A stretch of DNA of 64,000 bases from positions 74,276,001-74,340,000 of the forward strand of contig OZ024744.1 of assembly GCA_964016885.1 (NCBI GenBank), read 5' to 3'. Position numbers and translations under genes: made by a program. Below the pieces are notes generated by a model that was not told where the DNA came from, did not search any database, and was given only the letters and a program-made list of their open reading frames with translations. Positions 45,001-56,079 of this stretch are shown here, one piece after another (position 1 is the first letter of the stretch; each line of letters opens with the position of its first letter). The stretch is from Eledone cirrhosa (Eukaryota).

Positions 45001-46846
45001 ACAGTCTAGCTAGTTGAGAATGTATAGCTGCTAAACCATAACAATCACTATTCACATATCAACCATGCTGAGTCTAGCTGTCTGAGATAGTATAGCTGCT
45101 AAACCATCACAATCACCATTCATGTATTAACCATGCTAGAGTCTAGCTAGTTCACATGGTATAGCTGCTAAACCATCACAATCACTATTCATATTTCAAC
45201 CATGCTAGACACTAGGTAGTTGAGATGGTATATCTGCTAAACTCTCACAATCACTATTCATATATCAACCATGCTAGAGTCTAGCTAGTTCAGATGGTAT
45301 AGCTGCTAAACCATCACAATCACTATTCATATATAAACCATGCTAGAGTGTAGCTAGTTGAGATGGTATAGCTGCTAAACCATCACAATCACCATTCCCA
45401 TATCAACCATGCTAGAGTCTAGCTAGTTGAGATGGTATAGCTGTTCAACCAATACAATCCCCATTCACATATCAACCATGCTAGATTTTAGTTAGTTGAG
45501 ATGGTATAGCTGCTAAAACATCACAATCACTATTCACATATCAACCATGCTAGAGTCTAGCTAGTTGAGATGGTATAGCTGCTAAAGCATCACAATCACT
45601 ATTCACATATCAACCATGCTAGAGTCTAGCTATTTTAGATGGTATAGCTGCTAAACTATCAAACTCACTACTCACATATCAACCATGCTAGAGTCCAGAT
45701 AGTTGAGATGGTATACCGGCTAAACCTTCACAATCACTATTCACAATATCAACCATGCTATAGTCTAGTTAGTGGATATGGTATAGCTGCTAAACCATCA
45801 CAATCACCATTCACATATCAAACGTGCTAGAGTCTAGCCAGTTGAGATGGTATAGCTGCTAAACCATTACAAACACCATTCACATATCAACTATGTTAGA
45901 CTCAAGCTGGTTGAGATTGTATAGCTGCTAAACCATCACGATCACTATTCACATATCAACCAGGCTAGACTCTAGCTACTTGAGATGGTATAGCTGCTAA
46001 ACCATCACAATCACTATTCACATATCAACCATGCTAGAGTTTAGCAGATTGAGATGTTATAGCTGCTAAACCATCACTATCACCATTCACATATCAACCA
46101 TGCTAAAGTCTAGCTAGTTAAAATGGTATAGCTGCTAAACCATCACAATCACCATTCACATATCAACCATTTTAGAGTCTAGCTAGTAGAGATGGTATAG
46201 CTGCTAAACCATCACAATCACCATTCACATATCAACCATGTTAGAGTCTAGCTAGTTGAGATGGTATAGCTGCTAAACCATCACAATCACCATTCACATA
46301 TCAACCGTGCTAGAGTCTAGTTAGTTGAGATGGTATAGCTGATAAACCATCACAACCACTTTTAACATATCAACCATGCTGAAGTCTAGCTAGTTGAGAT
46401 GGTATAGCTGCTAAACCATCACAATCACTATTCACAAATTAACCATTCTAGAGTCTAGCTAGTTGAGATGGTATAGCTGCTAAACCATCACAATCACTAT
46501 TCACATATCAACCATGCTCGAGTCTAGCTAGTTGAGATGGTATAGCTGCTAAAGCATCACAATCACCATTCACATTTCAACCATGCTAGAGTCTAGCTAG
46601 TTGAGATGCTTAAGCTGCTAAACCATCACAATCACTATTCACATTACAACCATGTTAGGGTCTAGCTAATTGAGATGGTATAGCTGCTAAACCATCACAA
46701 TCACCATTTACATTTCAACCATGCTAGTGTCTAGCTAGTTGAGATGTTATATTTGCTAAACCATCACAATCACCATTCACATATCAACCATGCTAGACTC
46801 TAGCTAGTTGAGATGTTATAGACCATAGCTGCTAGACCATCACAAC
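1..46846 (+). repeat. 69-bp satellite DNA array (~680 monomers, continues beyond the left window edge)
   Basis: Consensus AAACCATCACAATCACCATTCACATATCAACCATGCTAGAGTCTAGCTAGTTGAGATGGTATAGCTGCT, period 69 (copies at 1, 70, 139...). A few substitutions per monomer; no ORF >=60 aa; degenerates at ~46,810-46,850. Confidence 0.98.
37253..37346 (-). repeat. Inverted ~1.4-monomer satellite segment inside the array
   Basis: AGCTATACCATCTCAACTAGCTAGACTCTCGCATGGTTGATATGTGAATGGTGATTGTGATGGTTTATCAGCTATACCATCTCAACTAGCTAGA is the reverse complement of the monomer. Confidence 0.97.
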
Positions 46847-47164
46847 CACATTTACCACAACCAGCGTGACCATTACACGATTACAATCACACCAAACATT
46901 TTCACCACAGCCAACATGCCAACCTTACTACTTACACAGTATACACATACCCCAACATTCAATTTCACACCAGCATATAAACTACAGTCACTATTTCCAC
47001 GAAATCTCCGAAACATTAACATTACAAATCATTTCACCTGCTAGAAATAGTAGCAACATTTTCCTCAAATTACAATCTTTCAAAAGAAACTCTGCTAACT
47101 AACGAATATGCACACACACAGACACACATACACCCCATATAAAATTAGCGGACCATTCTAACGA

Positions 47165-47650
47165 CATGTGTACCGTTCACGTAGTTCTCAGGGAGATTCA
47201 GCGTGACAAAATATACTACTAGGCTGGCTTTTCGAATTAAGGATACAAGTCATTTTACGGTCTAACTGGTGATGCGTGGCCTAGTTGTAAGGGTGTTGGA
47301 CTTACGATCAAAATGGTTCGATGCGTGATGTATTCTTGAGCAAAGCACCTCATTTCACGTTGCTGCAGCAGTATACTAAGCTGAAAATGTGTACCAGCAA
47401 TAGCATGGGGTTTAACCCTGCGATGGACTGACGTCTTCTCAAGGAGGGGGGGGGAGGCTTGTATTCGCAGACGCTTCACGCCATGAAATCGGAATAAGCA
47501 CCGGTCTGATGAGCCTTCTGGCTTATCACACACTGAGTGAACTGGAGCAACCTGAAATAAGTTGTCTTGCTTAAGAAGACAACGCGCCGTCGGGAACTCA
47601 AAATAACATACTTTACGATTGTGAGCCTAACCACTAAGCCACCCGCCTTT
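47165..47650 (-). mobile_element. tRNA-derived SINE (family A), split by a nested SINE
   Basis: Minus strand from 47650: GGCGGGTGGCTTAGTGGTTAGG (A-box-like), then CTTAAGCAAGACAACTTATTTCAGGTTGCTCCAGTTCACTCAG core. Resumes at ~47,258 with AAAATGACTTGTA...GTCACGCTGAATCTCCCTGAGAACTACG. Continuity of the two halves rests on my recollection of the family consensus. Confidence 0.6.
47268..47527 (+). mobile_element. tRNA-derived SINE with CORE-like central domain, nested in opposite orientation
   Basis: GCGTGGCCTAGTTGTAAGGG (A box-like), GGTTCGAT (B box-like), TTCTTGAGCAAAGCACCTCATTTCACGTTGCT core similar to the flanking minus-strand SINE. 3' part AACCCTGCGATGGACTG...GGAATAAGCACCGGTCTGATGAGCC. Confidence 0.7.
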
Positions 47651-47756
47651 ACACCAGAACTATGATACTATCATTACTAGCATTAGTCGGTACTGTTACT
47701 GTACTTCACCTCTTACATAACCATCTACAGACAATTAATTATATGGTTGTCATCTC

Positions 47757-48038
47757 TCATGATCATCAAAACTACCTCATCTTAATCATCATCATCATTA
47801 GTTGTGTCATTGCCATTATCATCATTATCATCACGATCGTGGTCGTCGTCGTCATCACCATCATCATCATAGTCATCATCGTCATCACCATCATCATCAT
47901 TACCACTACCATCATCATCATCGTCATCAGCATCACCATCAACATCATTATCATTATCATTATCATCATCGTCGTCGTCGTCGTCATTATCATCATCATC
48001 ATCATCATCAACACCATCATCATCAACAACATCATCAC

Positions 48039-48073
<35 letters not shown>

Positions 48074-48140
48074 ACACCATCATCACCATCATCATCATCA
48101 TCATCATTGTCGCCGTCTTCGTTATTATAATCATCATTAT
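47757..48140. repeat. Imperfect (CAT)n microsatellite
   Basis: CAT/CAC/CGT/TAT triplets; source of the poly-I/poly-H/poly-M spurious ORFs. Confidence 0.95.
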
Positions 48141-48143
48141 TAC

Positions 48144-48260
48144 GAGTTCAAATCCCGCCGAAGTTAACTTTGCCTTTCATCCTTACGGGGTCTATAAAAT
48201 AAAGTACCAGTAATGCACTGGTAAATTGCTGGCCCTGTGCCAAAAGTAGAAACAATTATT
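48144..48260 (+). mobile_element. 5'-truncated SINE (family B)
   Basis: GAGTTCAAATCCCGCCGAAGTTAACTTTGCCTTTCATCCTTACGGGGTCTATAAAATAAAGTACCAGT matches four other copies in the window. Possible 8-bp TSD ATTATTAC at 48136-48143 and 48255-48262. Confidence 0.85.
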
Positions 48261-48342
48261 ACTAGTTACTTAATGTTACTTTCAACCAAAACATTACCTC
48301 CAGCATTTTCCTAACATAGACGCGAATGCATTCATCACAACT

Positions 48343-48619
<277 letters not shown>

Positions 48620-48872
48620 TTTTCTTTATTAACCACAAGGGTTTACATAAAGTAGACATTAAGGACAGTGCAGGACAATACAGGACGGTACAAATGGGCA
48701 TTTCTGCGTGTAAAAAAACAAAAAAAACAGAGGGTGTAACAAAAAATAACAATGAAAAATTCCCCAATAGGGGGGAGACTTCGGAGGGACATTTGTGGAG
48801 AAAGCCCAGTAAAAAGCCACAATGACCCTGACCACCAAGGCAAGTGCCCTCTCCCAGTTTTCCACCTTTAAT

Positions 48873-51800
48873 TTACAGATATATACTCACAGTAGGCCCA
48901 TTTACTCGGGCCATTCTTGCTTCTCTTACCCATCTTTCAACAAAATGCTGGGAAGAGAGCACTTCCCTCTCTACTCTGATTTTCCTTTTCAAATGAAAAT
49001 TGAAAAAGTCAATCAGAGCATCACCGAAGAGGTAAGTGCTCGTCTTCAGCCCTTTCAAACGTGTCCACCATACTATCACTTTCGCCATGGCCACCAGACA
49101 GATAAAAACTGCCTGCCCTTCCCGGCTAAAGGAGGAGGGCGGGGCAATCCTCGCGATGGACTCAGATGATAGCCGGATCCGTCCTAAACGCGACAGCAGG
49201 TGTTCGACATAAACCCACAAGTCAGCAATTTTCGGACACTGGACGAGTGCGTGCAGGACGGTTTCGTCGCCCTGCGCGCATCTCGGACATGCCCGGCTGA
49301 CGGCACCTCCATGCCTGTAGAGTTTATCCGGAACTGACAAGGCTCCTCGGTAGCACTGCCAGGCCAGAGATTTCTGGAAGTTGTCCATAGGCCCTGACCC
49401 GAAAGTTCTTCCGAAGAGATTGGCTAGTTGATTTTCGTCGACGCCTAGAGTTTCCCCAAGTACGTCGTCGCCCTTCCCCTCCACTAATCCTCTATAGAAC
49501 GCCGAGGTGGAGTTTCCACCGATCACATTGCCCGATTGGTCGATGGCTGTGAGCACCTGAAGACATTCCAGTCTCCAGGCGCTCCCTCTCGGTCTTCGCT
49601 TGACCCAGGACTGCAGCTCCGTCAAGGAAACGAGCTGGGGAAATACGTGTCTAGCAAACGGCGACCACACCTGATCACCGTCGAGGAAGAGGTGGAGATG
49701 TCGTAGCCTGAGCGCGTGCCTGCGCATCATCAGCCACGGCATGCCCAGCCCTCCACGTAGCGGGTGTTGACAACAGATGGACCGCCTGACCATCGGAGCC
49801 CGTCCCTTCCACAAAAAGCGAAAGAGCAAACGCTCCAGTGCAGTCAGGCGAGGCTTAGGACAAGGAACGACGGTCAGGCAGTAGCAGATGACAGACGCGA
49901 TGTACACGTTAGCCACCTCTGCTCGACCTTTCAGGGATAGCTTCCTCTCGGCCCATTTCTGGGTGAGAGAAGCCACCCTGCTCGTCACCTCGTCCCAGTT
50001 TTTGTCCGTCTGGAGGTCCGGACCGAACCAGACACCTAGCAATTTAACCGGTCCGTCCATCCAGCATCCGACGACGCTGTTGGACGGTATGGACCTGCCT
50101 CTCCAGGTGCCGAGCTGCAGGCCCACTGACTTTTCCTGGTTGATCATTGCTCCTGTCACCGCTTCGTATTCTCTTAGTGTAGTGCCGATCGCCTCGATGT
50201 GTTTGGCGTTCGACACCACTACGGTGACATTGTCCGCATACGCTGACACGGATCTTCCGCATCCTAGTTCGCGCGGGACCCCCCTCAACGTCTCCAGTTT
50301 GTGCAGTAATGGCTCGAGAGTCAATACGTACAAGAGGGACGAGAGGGGACATCCTTGGCGGACCGAGCGCATGATGTTGAACGGTTCCGACAGGTGACCG
50401 TTCACTCTCACCACAGAGCAGATGTCGCTGTGCATGGCAGCGATCCAGCCTCTGAAGACGGGCCCAAAGCCAGCCGCCCTCAGGACTGCCGCTAGGTAAC
50501 GATGGTCGACCTTATCGAAAGCTTTCGACTGATCTAAATTGATCAAGGACCCACCCGTGCCAGGTTCCTTAGCTACCCTCTCTACGATGTATCGCATGAG
50601 GTGGAGGTTGTCGTGGATGGATCTGTCGGGAATGGCGCATGTCTTCGCCTCTCCCACCAAAATCTTGAACTCTGTGTTTAGCAGAGTTATGGGCCGGAAA
50701 TTATCTATGTTATCCCCCTTGTTCGGATCCTTTCTCAGCAGTGCCACCGCTCCTCGGCTCACAGAACTGGGAATTCTTCCGTTCTGTTGCCAGTTGCAGT
50801 AGACGTCCGCCAAGAGGCCTCCGAACAAGTCTGGCATCTGTACGTAGAGTTCATAGGGCAGACCATCCAAACCAGGCGATTTACCCCTTGTGCAGACAGT
50901 CATTGCCTCCCTTACTTCAGCGGCTGTTATCGGCTTTTCGCAACACTTCGCCTCAGTGGCCGAGAGCTGCGGCAGTCCGTCGAGGTAGACACTAAAGTCC
51001 ATCCCTCGACCCGGCCCACCGCTGCCCCCGAACAGCTGAGCGAAGTGTCGCTGAAAAGCTTCACACATTTGCCCGGGATCAAGTAACATGCGCCCGTCGT
51101 GGTCCACCAAAGACCGGATCGTGGCTTTGTTGCCACGACGCGCCTCCGCCACGACGCGCCTCCGCCACTCGGGCCCATTGAACGGCTTTCGTACCCTCGT
51201 GTCTGAGAGCACGCACCCTAGCTCTGACAACGCAGCCATCGTGCTTTGCATTGAAGAATTGGTCAAGGGCCAATTTCGCCGCAAGTGCGTCGGTCGCGAT
51301 GCCTTTGCTAAGCGCCTCATCTAATTTTCTAACTAATTCTCCCTCTGCTCTATTTTTCTCTATTGCTAAAGCCTTACTAAACCTAATGGATTCTATTCTA
51401 ATCGCTCTTTTCAGAGCAAACCACCACTTGTTGTTGACGATGGCCCTCGTCAACACCCGCTTAACTAGTTCGCTAATCCGGTCTCTGTAGGCCTTGCGCG
51501 CTGGTAAGGACGCGTTTAAATTCCAGTAGCCGGGTCCTCGTCTATGAAGCCTATCTAAGTCAAGCACACAGATCACGAATTTGTGGTCCGTGTAGCTGAC
51601 TATCTTTAATTGTGGACAGCCTATGCTAGACCTATCTATTTCCCTACAAAATACTCTATCTAGATATCATCTGGATGACCCTATGCGATTTGTCCAAGTC
51701 CACATTGGCACATTCAGGAAATCCAATCGATACCTGTCAGTCAGTTCAAAACGCCTGAGCAGGTTGGTGAGGCTCTTGCACCCTCCACCTATATCCGCTA

Positions 51801-52263
51801 ATCCCACACAGTCCCATCGTGCATCTAAGATACCGTTCCAGTCGCCCACTAACACTAAAGAGCGGGACGTTCCAAGAAAGGTCTCCAGACGCCGGAAGAA
51901 ATCAGGCCGCCCTGCTCCTGTCGGGGCATAGACGGCCACTAGCCTGAAAGCTTGCCTGTCTCCGCTGGTCACGTCCAGCACCACCAGCTTACCCTCTGGG
52001 TCCAGGAAGATGGCCCGTATGGCGAGATCAAAATCTCTCCGAAAAAGCACAGCAACTCCTCCCCCCGATCCAGGACGGCTGGGAGATGCGTACACATCGT
52101 AGCTGCCGAAGATCGGTGCGAAGGCCCGTGCTTCGGAGAATCTGGTCTCGCTGATGGCCACTACATCTATGTTTAGTGACCTGAGGTCGTTGAGCAGGTG
52201 ACCCTGCTTCCATGACGACCCCAAGCCAAGCGCATTTATGCTGCCTAATCTGAGTGAGGTCAT
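48873..52263 (-). pseudogene. LINE ORF2 (APE endonuclease + reverse transcriptase + C-terminal zinc finger), disrupted
   Basis: APE motifs SINALGL, ISETR, VYAP, GDWN, YLDR, TDH; RT motifs KSPGLDG, FRPITLLN, DQSKAFD, VRQGCPLS, YADN, KLLGV; C-terminal CPRC-x8-H-x4-C. Lesions: in-frame TGA 51667-51669, 16-bp duplication frameshift 51132-51163, in-frame deletion near 50658, YADD>YADN at 50229-50240. Confidence 0.93.
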
Positions 52264-52298
52264 GTTTAAAAAAGAGTGGAAAAGATGGGAAAGATCAC

Positions 52299-54355
52299 TT
52301 ACCGTACTATTGGTAGAGTAGGGGTGGTTTTTACATCCCTTTTCACTTGATCGTCTGGTGAAGGGACCGTTAAATCGTCCCTTCGGCTGGTCGTCGGCTC
52401 TTCTATGAGAATGTCTGAATATACTCTTCGATTGATAGTTCCTCCTAGGTCCATGAAATCACCAACTGCGTTGGGGAATTTCGTTTTAGTGTTTGTGTAT
52501 TGTTTCTGTGCTAATTTTACCAGTCTTATGTTAGTTGGCGTTTTGATTGGTGCTGGTATTATGTAGTCGTGTTGTGAAATGTCTGTGTGTTCAATTATGT
52601 AAGTCATTAGTTTCTTGTTGTGTGTATTTATTGCCGTGCATTTGTTTTTCTGAGGGTGGGGTGTGGTTCTGCTATTTTCTTTTCGTTGTTGCTGGGTGTG
52701 TGTGTTTGCAATGTTGGTGCTTGTGGTGGTGGTGTTGAAGGTGGTGATGGTGGTGCTAGTGTGGGTGGTGATGGTGTTGGTGGTGTTGCTGCTGTGGGTC
52801 TCTTTGCAGTAGAATTTACCCTTTTCTCATTTCTTTCCTCCCTTTTCAAAGGCGACGATGCGCTGCTTCTGCGTTTGTGCCTTCTTACGACCTTTTGCCA
52901 TCCCTCTCCCACCTCACACTCCATGTCTGATTCTGTGAGGTCAGGGAGGGGTACCAGCTCCACTCTTTGACTTGTTGTTGTTGGTGATGTTTGCACTGGA
53001 GTCTCTGTTGCAGCTGCATTTGGTATTGCTGTTGTTGTTGTTAATATTTCCACTGCTGCTGCTGTTTTTGATTTCCATGGCGTGGGTATGGGTGCCATGG
53101 ACCTATCGTTCCTGGTTGCCGCTGTCCTGTTGCTGGTAGCCGTGGAGCCGGTTTCGGAAGGAGGGGGGTTTTCTCCTTTCTCAGGGTCTTCCCGTTGCAG
53201 AAGGCCCTGAGGTGAGTCTTCGATCCACAGCGAAAGCATTTCGGGCGTTTCCCTCAACACTTATGGGCAGTTGAGTGCCGTTATCGAAGTCTATCACATC
53301 CGGGATAGCTTCGATGCACTCCTGGTTGGTTTGGATTAGCATCTCAATGGAGGTGCCGACCCAATCTTCTCTTACTTTTTTCTGTACTTGCAGTACAGCT
53401 GTTTTGTCCTCGATTCCGACGAGGACAGACGCGGCCAGCCAAGAAGGGGCCATCCCGGGGGGGACGTGAGTCAGTTTGACCCTCACAATTTTTTGCCCGC
53501 AGTAGGAGGGCACCAACACCATTTCCTCGCTCCTTAGGGTCACTACGGATTGGGCCTTTGCCTCCTGGAGTGTGGCAAAAAGTACGTCTACGGTGGCATA
53601 TTTTTTGCCTCGGGTGATGTGCGTTTTCCGCTGCCACACAGACCCCAATGCTTTTTGTATTTGAGCCTCTGTGGCTCTTTCCACCCTACGGGATTTTGTA
53701 CTTACTGTACGGTACGTGACCGTACAGTTCTGTTGGGTTTCGAAAAATGTTTCCGCTGCCTTGCAGATTGCTCGGTGTCCTTTCTTTGTCACCATCTTCT
53801 TCGCTTCCTTAATTCCTCATTTGTTATGAGGATTGTTTCCAAGTTTTTCGCAATACCTGCAAATGAGATTGGTTTTTCTTTGCTGCTGTTGTTGTTGTTG
53901 TCAGAGCTGCTGTTACTTTTGTTGTTGCTGCAGGTACTACGACTACTGCCTCCGCCGCTGTTGCTGTGGTTGTTGTTGGTGTTGCTGCTGCTAATGCTAT
54001 TGTTGTTTATGCTGCTGGTGATGCTGTTGCGGCAGCTACTGTTGGTTTCATTGTCACTGTTGCTGTTGTTATTACGGCTGCTACTGCTATTATTCCAGAC
54101 GTCAGACGAATGAACTGGGTTTTCGTATTTCCCGCACACCTGTTTCGTCGCTGTCGTCGTCGTCGTGGAGAAACCTTGCACGCTTTGCACGAGACTTTTC
54201 TTTTCTTTCGTCGCTTGCGAAAGAGAAGGGAGGGAGGGAGACACATTTAAAGAAGGGAGGGAGAGAGACAATCTTCTCTCTGCTGTAGTGACGATTGGGG
54301 AAGAAGAAGACGGAATGAGTGGGAGTGACCCATGCAAATTCTTTTTCGTAGCCAT
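52299..54355 (-). pseudogene. LINE ORF1 (Gag-like nucleic-acid-binding protein with CCHC knuckle), frameshifted
   Basis: ATG at 54355 in CAACATGG context; S/N-rich N-terminus, SFAGIA motif, globular region (ORF 53181-53795). CFRCGSKTHLRAFC (C-x2-C-x4-H-x4-C) at 53197-53238 lies in a frame missing from the ORF track; P/T-rich tail with basic RRHKRR. Four apparent -1 frame breaks. Confidence 0.8.
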
Positions 54356-54571
54356 GTTGTTTTTTTTGTTTAAAATAAATATTGGGTACAAAACCCCAAT
54401 AAGCAGTTATTTAACCCCGAAGGGCCAAATAACGGGCAGAAAGACCCCTCTCACGAGGAGGAGGGTGTTTTTGCCTACAAGTTGGTCTAAGTTTTAAACA
54501 ATTTACAATTGTTATAGCGTTCAAAATTTACGATACCTTACAGAGCCGAGCCTCCGTCAACCATAGCATTC

Positions 54572-56079
54572 AATAATAATAATAATAATACTAATGTTTT
54601 ATTTATTAACCACAAGGGTTTACATAAAGTAGACATTAAGGACAGTACAGGACAATACAGGACGGTACAAATGGGCATTTCTGCGTGTGAAAAAAACAGA
54701 GGATGAAATAAAATAACAAAGAAAAATTCCCCAATAGGGGGGAGACTTCCGAGGGAGATTTGTGGAGAAAGCCCATTAAAAGACCACAGTGGCCCTGACC
54801 ACCAGGGCAAGTGCCCTCTCCCAGTTTTCCCCCTTTAATTTACAGACACATACTCAGAGAAGGCCCATTCATTCGGGCCATACTTGCTTCTCTCACCCAT
54901 CTTTCAACAAAATGCTGGGAAGAGAGCACTTCCCTCTCTACTCTGATTTTCCTTTTCAGATGAAATTTGAAAAAGTTAATCAGGGCATCACCGAAGAGGT
55001 AAGTGCTCGTCTTCAGCCCTTTCAAACGTGTCCACCATACTATCTCTTTCGCCATGGCCACCAGACAGATAAAAACTGCCTGCCCTTCCCGGCTAAAGGA
55101 AGAGGGCGGGGCAATCCTCACGATGGACTCAGCTGATAGCTGGATCCGTCCTACACGTGACAGCAGATGTTCGACATAAACCCACAAGTCAGCAATGCTC
55201 GGACACTGGACGAGTGCGTGCAGGACGGTTTCGTCGCCCTGTGCGCATCTCGGACATGCCCGGCTGACGGCACCTCCATGCCTGTAAAGTTTATCCCGAA
55301 CTGGCAAATCACCCCGGTAGCACTGCCAAGCCAGGGATTTTTGGAAGTTGTCCATAGGCCCCGGCCCGAAAGTCCTTCCGAAGAGATTGTCTAGTTGATT
55401 TTCGTCGACGCCTAGAGTTTCTCCAAGGACGTCGTCGCTCTTCCCCTCCACTAATCCCCTATAGAACGCCAAGGTGGAGTTTCCACCGATCACATTGCCC
55501 GATTGGTCGAGGGCTGTGAGCGCCTGAAGACATTCCAGTCTCCAAGCGCTCCCTCTCGGGCTTCGCTTGACCCAGGACTGCAGGTCCGTCAAGGAGACGA
55601 GCTGGGGAAAAACGTGTCTAGCAAACGGCGACCACACCTGATCACCGTCGAGGAAGAGGTGGAGATGTCTTAGCCTGAGCGCGTGTCTGCGCATCATCAG
55701 CCACAGCATGCCCAGCCCTCCACGTAGCGGGTGTTGAGAGCAGATGGACCGCCTGACCATCGGAGCGCGTCCCTTCCACAAGAAGCGAAAGAGCAAACGC
55801 TCCAGCGCAGTCAGGCGGGGCTTAGGACAAGGTACGACGGTCAGGCGGTAGTAGATGACGGACGCGATGTACGCGTTAGCCACCTCCACTCGACCTTTCA
55901 GGGATAGCTTCCTCTCGGCCCATTTCTGGGTGAGAGAAGCCACCCTGCTCGTCACCTCGTCCCCGTTTTTGTCCGTCTGGAGGTCTGGACCAAACCAGAC
56001 CTCTAACAATTTAACCGGTCCGTCCGTCCAGCGCCCGACGACGCTGTTGGACGGCATGGACCTGCCTTTCCAGGTGCCG
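54572..56079 (-). mobile_element. 5'-truncated L1/Tx1 copy 2, head-to-tail upstream of copy 1
   Basis: Aligns base-for-base with ~48,600-50,112 of copy 1 with scattered substitutions; AATAAA at 54602-54607 (minus) followed by ATTAGT(ATT)6. Confidence 0.95.
54840..56057 (-). pseudogene. C-terminal ORF2 fragment (end of RT, linker, CCHC zinc finger)
   Basis: 405-aa open frame closely matching the copy 1 C-terminus (KLSLKGRVEVAN..., CPRCAQGDETVLHALVQC); lacks APE and RT core. Confidence 0.92.

Noticed and set aside
1-46846. CRISPR array (palindromic repeats alternating with 'spacers')
   Set aside because: The inter-palindrome parts are the same sequence each time, not unique spacers; eukaryotic context and no cas genes.
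1-46846. 69 bp = 23 codons, possible repetitive protein exon
   Set aside because: The monomer is rich in TAG/TAA/TGA and the six-frame track has no ORF in the array.
47506-47525. CTGATGAGCC-TTCT-GGC as a hammerhead
   Set aside because: No GAAA after the stem; it is part of a SINE 3' end.
48822-55394. Plus-strand ORFs overlapping the LINEs (e.g. 48822-49169 and 54789-55136)
   Set aside because: Antisense shadows of ORF1/ORF2; shared only because the two copies are closely related.
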